From: a bacterium
GTDB lineage: Bacteria > Cyanobacteriota > Vampirovibrionia > Gastranaerophilales > JBAXKC01
Assembly: GCA_037137535.1 (NCBI GenBank)
Contig: JBAXKC010000006.1
Coordinates: forward strand, 1-64,000
DNA: 64,000 nucleotides
Direction: 5' to 3'
The notes under the pieces are model-generated. The model had not been told where the DNA came from and did not search any database. It worked only from the letters and a program-made list of their open reading frames with translations. Position numbers and translations under genes: made by a program. Below, piece by piece: positions 56,620 to 64,000 of the stretch (the stretch's first letter is position 1; each line of letters opens with the position of its first letter).

Positions 56620-58392
56620 ATGATAAATGCAAATATCAACGGAATAAATATACAGGTTGAAGAAGGTACAACAATTCTTGAAGCGGCAAAGCTTGCAAAT
56701 ATAAAAATACCGTCATTATGTAAACATAGTGACCTTGACGCCACAGCAGCCTGTGGAATTTGTGTTGTTAAAGTTAAAGGTGTTGAGCGAATGATAAGAT
56801 CTTGCTGTACCGCTTTAACTGAAGGAATGGAAATTTTAACACATACCCCTGAAGTAATCGATATAAGAAAAACTGTTTTAGAATTAATTCTTTCAAACCA
56901 CCCTAACAGCTGTCTGACATGCGGAAGAAATCAAAACTGTGAGCTTCAATCACTTGCCGCAGAATTTGGAATAAAAGAGGAAGAGTTTGGCAAAATATTA
57001 AAAGATTTTGAAATTGATGACTCAATAAAAACAATCGTATTAGAGCCTAATAAATGTATTAAATGCGAACGATGTATTCAGGCATGCCAGAATATGCAGA
57101 ATGTTTGGGCTTTATCTTTCGTTGATAGAGGTATAAAAACAAGAATAGCACCTGCTGCTGATTTCAAACTAAGTGAATCGCCTTGCGTAAGCTGTGGTCA
57201 ATGTGCCGCTCATTGCCCTGTCGGTGCTATTTATGAATATGATGAAACGGCTAAAGTGTGGGATGCTCTTAATGATAGTTCAAAATATTGCGTTGTTCAG
57301 ATAGCTCCTGCCGTAAGAGTTGCTATTGGGGAATCTTTCGGGATACAAAGCGGTGAGGTTGTTACTAAAAAACTATATACATTATTAAGAAGAATGGGGT
57401 TTGAAGCTGTTTTTGATACTAATTTCGGGGCTGATATCACTATAATTGAAGAATCTACTGAATTTGTAAAAAGGCTGACGTCAAAAAACTCTGTATTACC
57501 TTTAATTACAAGTTGTTGCCCTGCGTGGGTTGATTTTATGGAAAAATTTCATTCTGATATGATTCCTAACTTCTCAACATGTAAATCTCCTCATGAAATG
57601 CTTGCAACACTTGCTAAAACATACTATCCGCAACAAGCAAATATTAATCCTTCCAATATATTTATGGTTTCTATTATGCCCTGTATCGCCAAAAAGTTTG
57701 AAATTCACAGAAGTCAGGATATGTATGCTTCAGGCTATCAGGATGTTGATGTATCCATTACCACAAGGGAATTAGTAAGAATGATAAAGCAGACAGGTCT
57801 TGATTTTGCTTCACTTCCCGAAAGCGAAGCAGATTCTCTCCTTGCTGATTACTCCGGAGGTGGCACAATATTTGGAAATACGGGCGGAGTTATGGAAGCA
57901 GCTCTAAGAACCGTTAATTATTATGTAACAGGTGAAAACCTTGCAAATCTTGAACTTAATGAAGTAAGAGGTTTAAAAGGTGTTAAAGAAGCTGAAATTA
58001 AGGTTGGTGAATATAATGTTAAAATTGCAGTTGCACATGGATTAAGTAATGTTGAATATGTTGTAAATAAAATAAGAAAAGCAAAAGAAAATGGCGAAGA
58101 ACCTCCATATCACTTTGTAGAAGTTATGGCATGCCCTGGTGGTTGTATAGGTGGTGGTGGACAGCCAAGAAATGTTAATAATGAAGTAAGGTTGCTGAGA
58201 GCAAAAGGGCTTTATATCGATGATAAAAATCGTAAATTCAGAAATTGCCACGAAAATCCACAAATTCATAAGCTTTATGATGAATTTTTAGGTAAAGCAG
58301 GCGGAGAAAAAAGTCATGAATTACTCCATCTCTATTATCAGCAAAGAGAGCCTTATATAGATTATCGAGAAACAGATAATCTCAATGATTGA
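56620..58392 (+). CDS. hydA: [FeFe]-hydrogenase catalytic subunit (group A3)
   Basis: H-cluster motifs TSCCPAW, MPCIAKKFE, EVMACPGGCIGGGGQP; N-terminal 2Fe-2S, HxxxCxxC and 2x[4Fe-4S]. Confidence 0.95.
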   Translation: MINANINGINIQVEEGTTILEAAKLANIKIPSLCKHSDLDATAACGICVVKVKGVERMIRSCCTALTEGMEILTHTPEVIDIRKTVLELILSNHPNSCLTCGRNQNCELQSLAAEFGIKEEEFGKILKDFEIDDSIKTIVLEPNKCIKCERCIQACQNMQNVWALSFVDRGIKTRIAPAADFKLSESPCVSCGQCAAHCPVGAIYEYDETAKVWDALNDSSKYCVVQIAPAVRVAIGESFGIQSGEVVTKKLYTLLRRMGFEAVFDTNFGADITIIEESTEFVKRLTSKNSVLPLITSCCPAWVDFMEKFHSDMIPNFSTCKSPHEMLATLAKTYYPQQANINPSNIFMVSIMPCIAKKFEIHRSQDMYASGYQDVDVSITTRELVRMIKQTGLDFASLPESEADSLLADYSGGGTIFGNTGGVMEAALRTVNYYVTGENLANLELNEVRGLKGVKEAEIKVGEYNVKIAVAHGLSNVEYVVNKIRKAKENGEEPPYHFVEVMACPGGCIGGGGQPRNVNNEVRLLRAKGLYIDDKNRKFRNCHENPQIHKLYDEFLGKAGGEKSHELLHLYYQQREPYIDYRETDNLND

Positions 58393-58420
58393 CTTTTATA
58401 ACAATCCAACTTATTTTATG

Positions 58421-58466
58421 ATAAAAGAAGCAAAAAGGCTCACTATAAGCTATTTGCTTCTTTTAT
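58421..58466. terminator. Terminator-like hairpin after hydA
   Basis: ATAAAAGAAGCAAA/TTTGCTTCTTTTAT perfect 14-bp arms. Confidence 0.75.
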
Positions 58467-58580
58467 TAAGAATTATTTTGTTTTGAGTAAATCATTGAGT
58501 AATTAACTAATTTTAATAAAGATAAAAAGAAGTTCAGTATTACGTTTTTATAAGGCATAAAGTGAATCAGCTTCAATCGA
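58421..58580. repeat. Dispersed intergenic repeat, copy 2
   Basis: Exact blocks shared with 5771-5933 (AAGAATTATTTTGT, AAATCATTGAGTAATT, ATAAAAGAAGC). Confidence 0.55.
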
Positions 58581-58586
58581 TTTACT

Positions 58587-59501
58587 TTATGCAGGCATTT
58601 TAAAAAGCCATGCAAAAACTACATTCATGGTGAATTTTGTTATTTTAAAGTAATTTAACAGTATTGTAGGATCTAAGATTATACATTTAACTAAATATTT
58701 AAAAGTTTTATCGCTTACTCTTTTATTATCTTTATAAAAATGTCTTGCAGCTTGATTATAGTAAATCATTGCATAAGCTTTATTTTTTAAATATTCGTAT
58801 TCTTTATTATTTCTAAAAAAATTATATAAAATTTTCTCATGAGTTTTACGCTCAAAATCAAAATCAATTGTTCTTGTAATACTGTTTTTGGAGGTTAACC
58901 GTTTAGTTAATGGTCTATCAACGCATTTAACCTTAGTTTTAGGGTAAATTTTTAGCCATAAATCCCAGTCTTCTCCAATCCTTAGATTTTGGTCAAACCC
59001 TCCTGTTTCTAATAATAGATCTTTTTTTACTAAAACAGTACTTGGGAAAGCAATATTATTAAAAGGATCGGTAAGTAGTGTTACTAAATATTTTGTTGAT
59101 TCTCTTTCTTTAAAGCTAATCAATTTCGATTCTTTACCTTGAGGCTCTAGAATAAATGATCCGTAAAGCATGCCTGCATTTGCTTCAGACAATAGCTGTA
59201 AACTGATTTCAAGTTTATTTGGCATATAAATATCATCCGCATCTAAAAAAGCGATATATTCACCGCTTGCTATATCTATTGCCGTATTTCTAGCCTTTGA
59301 AGGTCCTGAATTTTGTTGATATATATATTTGACTCTTTTATCTTTAAATGCTTGAACAATTTCTCTTGTATTATCTGTTGAACCATCATCCACAATGATT
59401 ATTTCAAAATTTTGATATGTTTGATTTAATACAGAGTCGATAGCTTTTCCTATATTTTTTTCTTCATTATAAGCTGGTATAACTACGCTAATCATTTTCA
59501 T
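58587..59501 (-). CDS. Glycosyltransferase family 2
   Basis: SVVIPAYN, VDDGSTD, ARN, FLDADD, GEDWDLW. Confidence 0.93.
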   Translation of the reverse strand: MKMISVVIPAYNEEKNIGKAIDSVLNQTYQNFEIIIVDDGSTDNTREIVQAFKDKRVKYIYQQNSGPSKARNTAIDIASGEYIAFLDADDIYMPNKLEISLQLLSEANAGMLYGSFILEPQGKESKLISFKERESTKYLVTLLTDPFNNIAFPSTVLVKKDLLLETGGFDQNLRIGEDWDLWLKIYPKTKVKCVDRPLTKRLTSKNSITRTIDFDFERKTHEKILYNFFRNNKEYEYLKNKAYAMIYYNQAARHFYKDNKRVSDKTFKYLVKCIILDPTILLNYFKITKFTMNVVFAWLFKMPA

Positions 59502-59594
59502 AAATCGTTTCTTTATTTCAATTAAGTCATTTATTATTTAAGCCTAAATTATAAATTTATTAACCTATCTAAGTAACCTATAATTAAGGCTAAT

Positions 59595-59625
59595 AAAAAG
59601 AGCCGTAAGCGTTTACGACTCTTTT
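59595..59625 (-). terminator. Intrinsic terminator
   Basis: AAAAGAG.CGTAA/TTACG.CTCTTTT. Confidence 0.7.
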
Positions 59626-59643
59626 GTCAAATATTAAGCTATA

Positions 59644-60549
59644 TTATTTTAAAGCCCATTCATTATTAAACATAGGCTTATTATGAAGATTACATGTAAA
59701 ACAAGCGCTTGTTTCAAGAAAAGTCTTTGTCGCAGAATCTTTAAGAGTATTACCAACTTTTCCTCTCGGGTCATTAACCAGAGCAGGACAAGAGTAAACT
59801 CCTTTTGCAGTTACTACCCTTGAATATGCACAATCAAAACGACAAGTTGATTGATCGGCAAGAGTTTTTTCTGTTACAAATTCTTCGTCTTTATAGCCTT
59901 CATTATTTTTAGCATATTCACCAACTTTTAATGCCGGAATAATATTAACATTAAACTCTGCAGGCTCTAATCCACATTTGTTCAAAATACTTAAAAAGCC
60001 TTCCTTTAATTCTTCAACATCTTCATTCCATAAATTTACACAATTTATAATAGGATTAAATCCATAATTAATAAGATGTTGAATAGCGGCAACAGCTTTT
60101 TTAAAAGAGCCTTTTCCTCTTATATCATCATTCTTTTGCTCATTATAATGGTCAAGACTGATTTTAAATACAAGTTCATGTTCATTATTGTGTTCTTGTT
60201 CGATTTGTCTTAAAAAACGAGCTTTTTTGTCATTAATAAGAATTCCGTTTGAAAGTATAGTAACATTTGCTTTTTTAAGACAAAGTCTGATAATGCTGTT
60301 AATATCAGGATGTAAAAGAGGTTCTCCACCTGTAAGATAGATATAATCTAATTTATTACCTTCTATATCAGCTAAAGAGTTTTTGATTTTCTCCATCCCC
60401 AAAAAACTTTTAATTTTTGTTGTCGGTTGACAACCAAGATAACAATGTTTACATTTTAAATTACAGTTTACATCTGAGAGTTGGAACCATAAATTATTAA
60501 ACATTTTTAATTCAACGCACGGCGCTTTAAAACTCAATTGAGTTACCAT
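59644..60549 (-). CDS. Radical SAM protein
   Basis: CNLKCKHC, TGGEP, SNG, ISLD; extra C-terminal Cys (DCAYSR, SCP, CFTC). Confidence 0.9.
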   Translation of the reverse strand: MVTQLSFKAPCVELKMFNNLWFQLSDVNCNLKCKHCYLGCQPTTKIKSFLGMEKIKNSLADIEGNKLDYIYLTGGEPLLHPDINSIIRLCLKKANVTILSNGILINDKKARFLRQIEQEHNNEHELVFKISLDHYNEQKNDDIRGKGSFKKAVAAIQHLINYGFNPIINCVNLWNEDVEELKEGFLSILNKCGLEPAEFNVNIIPALKVGEYAKNNEGYKDEEFVTEKTLADQSTCRFDCAYSRVVTAKGVYSCPALVNDPRGKVGNTLKDSATKTFLETSACFTCNLHNKPMFNNEWALK

Positions 60550-60836
60550 TTCTTCAACCTCCTTGACTATATTAGTATTCTAGTAAAGACCATGCCCGTT
60601 TGGAAATAACACAACCGAGCTAATCACAAGCTATAACCATGAGATTAATATTCAAATCTCGTAATAATACAAATGATGTAGAAAACTTAAGCCTAAGACT
60701 TTTAAAAGCTTTAACAACGTTGATTTTTGGTCGGTCTTTTAAATAAAATTTTTTGAAATATAATTAAAGTATATGTAAAGATTCTTTTAACTGTAGTTAC
60801 TTAATACAACAGTTTTTTCAAAAGAAAGGTAGAGCT

Positions 60837-62906
60837 GTGGCTAAATATTTACTTGAGATCGGGACGGAAGAACTTCCTTATAAATTTGTTCCTACTGCCA
60901 TGGAGCAGCTTAAAGAACAGGTATCCAAGATACTAACTGAAAATAGAGTTACTTTTGGTGAAATTACAACCTATGGAACTCCGAGAAGACTTTCCTTAAT
61001 AATTGATAACATTTCGGAATCCCAACCTGACCTAACAAGAAAAATCAAAGGCCCACCTGCAAATGTTGCTTTTGACAAAGATAAAAACCTTACCCCTGCG
61101 GGTTTAGGCTTTGCTAAAAAACAAAATCTTTCTGCTGATATTCTCTTTATTGAAAAAAGCGGTGAAATAGAGTATGTCTTCGCAGAAATTAAAGAAGAGG
61201 GAAAACCTGTATCTGAAGTTTTATCACAGTTAATACCACAAGCAGTTTTAAGCCTTCAAGGTTCTCACTTTATGAGATGGGCTGATCTTGATATAAAATT
61301 CCAAAGACCTATCAGATGGATTGTTTCTTTACTTGATGAAAAAGAAGTAAAAATGCAGATCGGAAATGCAAAATCTGGTCGTATCTCAAGAGGGCATAGA
61401 TTTGCTCAATACAGTCAAGTTGAAATTAGCTCCGTTGACAGTTATTTAGAAGATTTATCAACTGTAAACGTAATCGTAAATCAGGACGAAAGAAAAAATA
61501 TAATAAGAAAACAAGTAAATGAAAAAGCTGAAGCAGTAGGCGGAAAAGCTTATATTGACGAACGTCTTTTAGATGAAGTTACTTATCTTGTTGAATATCC
61601 TGTTGCATTTTTAGGCGAATTTGAAGAAAAATATCTTGAAATACCTCAATCGGTTGTAACTACTGTTATGGCTGCTCATCAAAGATATTTCCCTGTATTT
61701 GCCCAAAATTCCGAAAATATTTTAAATTATTTTATTACGATCACAAATTATCTTGGTGATAATTTTGAAAATATTAAAAAAGGAAATGAGAGAGTTATCA
61801 AAGCCAGACTTGATGATGCTATTTTCTTCTGCGAAGAGGATAAAAAGAAAACTCTTGTTTCAAGAATTGAAGAATTAAAAGGTGTAACCTTTCAAAAAGG
61901 TCTTGGAACAATGTTTGATAAGACTGAAAGAATTAAAAAAATAGCCTGTGTTGCTGCTAAAAAACTTAATCTTGATGAAGCCTTGACTCAAAAAATCGAG
62001 AAAACAGCGTCATTATGTAAAGCAGACCTTGTAACCAGCCTTGTAAGAGAATTTACAGAGCTTCAAGGTATAATCGGCGGTGATTATGCTTTAAAAGAAG
62101 GTGAAGATTCACTTGTCGCAAATGGTGTAAGAGAACATTACCTTCCTATTTCTGTTGATAGCGGTCTTGCCAATTCTTTAACAGGTCAAATAGTTGGTAT
62201 TTCTGATAAAATTGATACTATTGTTGCAGTTTTCGCAATTGGAAAAGCTCCTACAGGTTCTGCTGATCCTTTAGCACTTAGAAGAGCAGCTCTTGGGATT
62301 ATTCAGACTGTTTTAGAAAAAGATATTAATTTGAATATTGCAGAATTAATAAATAACGCTATTGAACTTTTAACAGTTAAAATTCAAGATAAAAACAAAC
62401 TTTGTAGCGATATAAGTGAGTTTATAATTCAAAGATTTAGAGTTTACTTGAATGATAAATATAAATATGATGTTGTTGAAGCTGCTCTTTCCTCTCATAA
62501 TCCTCTTGAATGCCTTACTGATGTTTTAAAAAGAGCTGAAGTATTAACTAATCTGGTCAGTAGAGAAAATTATGCTTCATTCCATGAAGCAGCAAATCGT
62601 ATAATCAGAATTATTAAGGATAAAGAAGATTTACAACTTCCTAATGCAGAATTATTTGTTATTAATGAAGAAAAAGTTCTTTATGAGGCCATCAATAAAA
62701 TAAATGATGAGAAACTTGCTGATAATGGCGAATATACTCAACTAATTGCAGAGCTTGAAGCTTGTATTCCTGCTATTGATAAGTTCTTTGAGCATGTTCT
62801 TGTTATGGACGAAAATCTTGATATAAGACAAAATAGAATGAAACTTTTGACTTTTGCTAAGTTAAAGTTCCAAAAAATAGCAGATTTTAGCAAAATAGTT
62901 GCATAA
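60837..62906 (+). CDS. glyS: Glycine-tRNA ligase beta subunit
   Basis: LLEIGTEELP, GTPRRL, FQRPIRWIV, HQRYFP, GNERVIKARLDDA, EFTELQG, PTGSADPLALRR. Confidence 0.97.
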   Translation: MAKYLLEIGTEELPYKFVPTAMEQLKEQVSKILTENRVTFGEITTYGTPRRLSLIIDNISESQPDLTRKIKGPPANVAFDKDKNLTPAGLGFAKKQNLSADILFIEKSGEIEYVFAEIKEEGKPVSEVLSQLIPQAVLSLQGSHFMRWADLDIKFQRPIRWIVSLLDEKEVKMQIGNAKSGRISRGHRFAQYSQVEISSVDSYLEDLSTVNVIVNQDERKNIIRKQVNEKAEAVGGKAYIDERLLDEVTYLVEYPVAFLGEFEEKYLEIPQSVVTTVMAAHQRYFPVFAQNSENILNYFITITNYLGDNFENIKKGNERVIKARLDDAIFFCEEDKKKTLVSRIEELKGVTFQKGLGTMFDKTERIKKIACVAAKKLNLDEALTQKIEKTASLCKADLVTSLVREFTELQGIIGGDYALKEGEDSLVANGVREHYLPISVDSGLANSLTGQIVGISDKIDTIVAVFAIGKAPTGSADPLALRRAALGIIQTVLEKDINLNIAELINNAIELLTVKIQDKNKLCSDISEFIIQRFRVYLNDKYKYDVVEAALSSHNPLECLTDVLKRAEVLTNLVSRENYASFHEAANRIIRIIKDKEDLQLPNAELFVINEEKVLYEAINKINDEKLADNGEYTQLIAELEACIPAIDKFFEHVLVMDENLDIRQNRMKLLTFAKLKFQKIADFSKIVA

Positions 62907-64000
62907 TGAAATCATCAGAAGCTAATATTAAGCTCGAACTTCTCAATAAAGTTACAGAGTCTGATATAAAACTTCAAAAAATAAAAAGACAGATTATTAT
63001 TAATACTTTAATTAGTTTTATAATACTGTCTTTTATTTTTTCCCTTGTTTTAACTTGTTATATTTCGAGTAAATTAAAATATAAGCATTTAGATAAAGAA
63101 ATTTTTAATATTTTATACTCAAAAAATTTCTTAATTTATGATGAGAAAAATATTCCTGTTGCTGTTGGTAATAATAAAAATTATCAGATTTATCTTTCTC
63201 CCGAAGAAATTTCACCCTATTTAAAAAAAGAGATTGTCTTATTGCAGGATAAAAGTTTTTATCAGACTAAAGGCTTAAATTTATCTTATTTAATTAGTAA
63301 TGTTTTAAATCTTATGCATAACAAACCTATTGATAAGGAAACTATTTCAACAAAACTTGTTAAATCATTTCCTTCTGAATGCAAAAACATATTAAATAAA
63401 AAACTATTTCAAATTATTTATTCTTTAGACTTAGAACATAAGTTTTCTAAAGATCAAATAATAACAATTTATTTGAATAATATTAGTTTGAAAAATACAG
63501 GCAAAGGACTTGATGAAAATTCAAAACTTTATTTTGGAAAATTTGCGTCTGAGCTTAATCAAGAAGAAAGTGAACTTTTTGTTCTTATGCTTTTTGGCAA
63601 AGGACAACTTGAAAAAATAACACCTAGAGATAATATTTCTAAATATTCATATTTTATAGATTATTCAATCGCAGAAGCTAAAGATCTTACACATTGTTCA
63701 AATCTTAACGGACTAAAAATATATACTAAATTAAATAGAAAATTACAGATAAAAAGTGAAGATGTTATTAAAAAACGTTTAACTCAAATATCTATTAATA
63801 ATAAACAAACTCAATCAGCTGTTTTATTAACAGACACTAATAGTAGCTCAATTATTACAATAATAGGCGGAAAAGACTTTATCAAAGGCGATTTTAATAG
63901 AGCTTATCAATCAAAAAGAAACATAGGTTCAACTTTTAAGCCTATTATTTATCTTATTGCACTTGAGAAAGGACTAATAACACCAAAAACCATATTTAAA
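62906..64000 (+). CDS. Class A PBP-like protein with degenerate transglycosylase domain (partial, runs off the window)
   Basis: Open frame from ATG 62906 (TAATG coupling to glyS), absent from the ORF track. TM anchor, QDKSFY, KDQIITIYLN, then GGKDF...RNIGSTFK. Confidence 0.85.
   Translation, partial: MKSSEANIKLELLNKVTESDIKLQKIKRQIIINTLISFIILSFIFSLVLTCYISSKLKYKHLDKEIFNILYSKNFLIYDEKNIPVAVGNNKNYQIYLSPEEISPYLKKEIVLLQDKSFYQTKGLNLSYLISNVLNLMHNKPIDKETISTKLVKSFPSECKNILNKKLFQIIYSLDLEHKFSKDQIITIYLNNISLKNTGKGLDENSKLYFGKFASELNQEESELFVLMLFGKGQLEKITPRDNISKYSYFIDYSIAEAKDLTHCSNLNGLKIYTKLNRKLQIKSEDVIKKRLTQISINNKQTQSAVLLTDTNSSSIITIIGGKDFIKGDFNRAYQSKRNIGSTFKPIIYLIALEKGLITPKTIFK

Noticed and set aside
2560-58269. 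Short antisense or alternate-frame ORFs in the track (e.g. 2560, 2789, 4477, 6340, 8060, 10724, 14285, 19807, 21152, 21666, 30973, 34097, 43582, 44063, 52192, 55309, 57593, 58042)
   Set aside because: They overlap well-supported genes and have no RBS or recognisable motifs; treated as shadow ORFs.
54341-58392. Complex I nuoEFG or formate dehydrogenase
   Set aside because: The third gene has all three H-cluster motifs and no molybdopterin domain; no membrane nuo genes are present.
59644-60549. Radical SAM N-terminal LSFKA as another SFxG leader, or as a RiPP maturase
   Set aside because: No Gly, no polar leader, no promoter motif and no adjacent precursor peptide.
62984-63034. Hairpin AAAAGACAG.TTAT/ATAAT.CTGTCTTTT as a glyS terminator
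   Set aside because: It lies inside the open PBP-like frame and has a long loop; it could attenuate transcription but cannot be supported.
1-64000. CRISPR array, rRNA, prophage or integrase
   Set aside because: No regularly spaced direct repeats, rRNA-like sequence or phage/integrase genes were seen; the PD-(D/E)XK Fe-S domains belong to the helicase-nuclease, not Cas4.

Overview
AT-rich bacterial chromosome segment from an anaerobic diderm. It is probably a non-photosynthetic relative of Cyanobacteria (Melainabacteria/Gastranaerophilales-like); this is an inference from the cyanobacteria-type YchF N-terminus, OmpH, CsaB, an [FeFe]-hydrogenase and no photosynthesis genes in the window. Housekeeping content: tRNA-Gln, ychF, maf, skp, a two-subunit UvrD/PD-(D/E)XK helicase-nuclease, PBPs, murT, csaB-tagA-split transketolase-ftsEX, glutaredoxin, cheX module, hydCBA and glyS. 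A decayed IS5-family element sits at the left edge. The stand-out is a translationally coupled operon at 27.6-33.8 kb: an unknown ORF, NifH-like, NifD-like and NifK-like genes with a non-nitrogenase 3+1 cysteine pattern, and a Had/BamQ-like Zn dehydrogenase, followed by a degenerate acyltransferase-like ORF. A structured leader with a terminator precedes it. This is a candidate new ATP-dependent nitrogenase-like reductase pathway rather than N2 fixation. Other signals read directly from the DNA: a recurrent (G/T)CAA-N18/19-TT(T/A)ATA promoter-like motif in front of lineage-specific genes, several proteins with an N-terminal SFxG motif, a dispersed intergenic repeat (5.8 kb and 58.5 kb), an unannotated 51-aa ORF, and a class A PBP with a dead transglycosylase domain. 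All family assignments come from motif recognition by eye; no searches were run.
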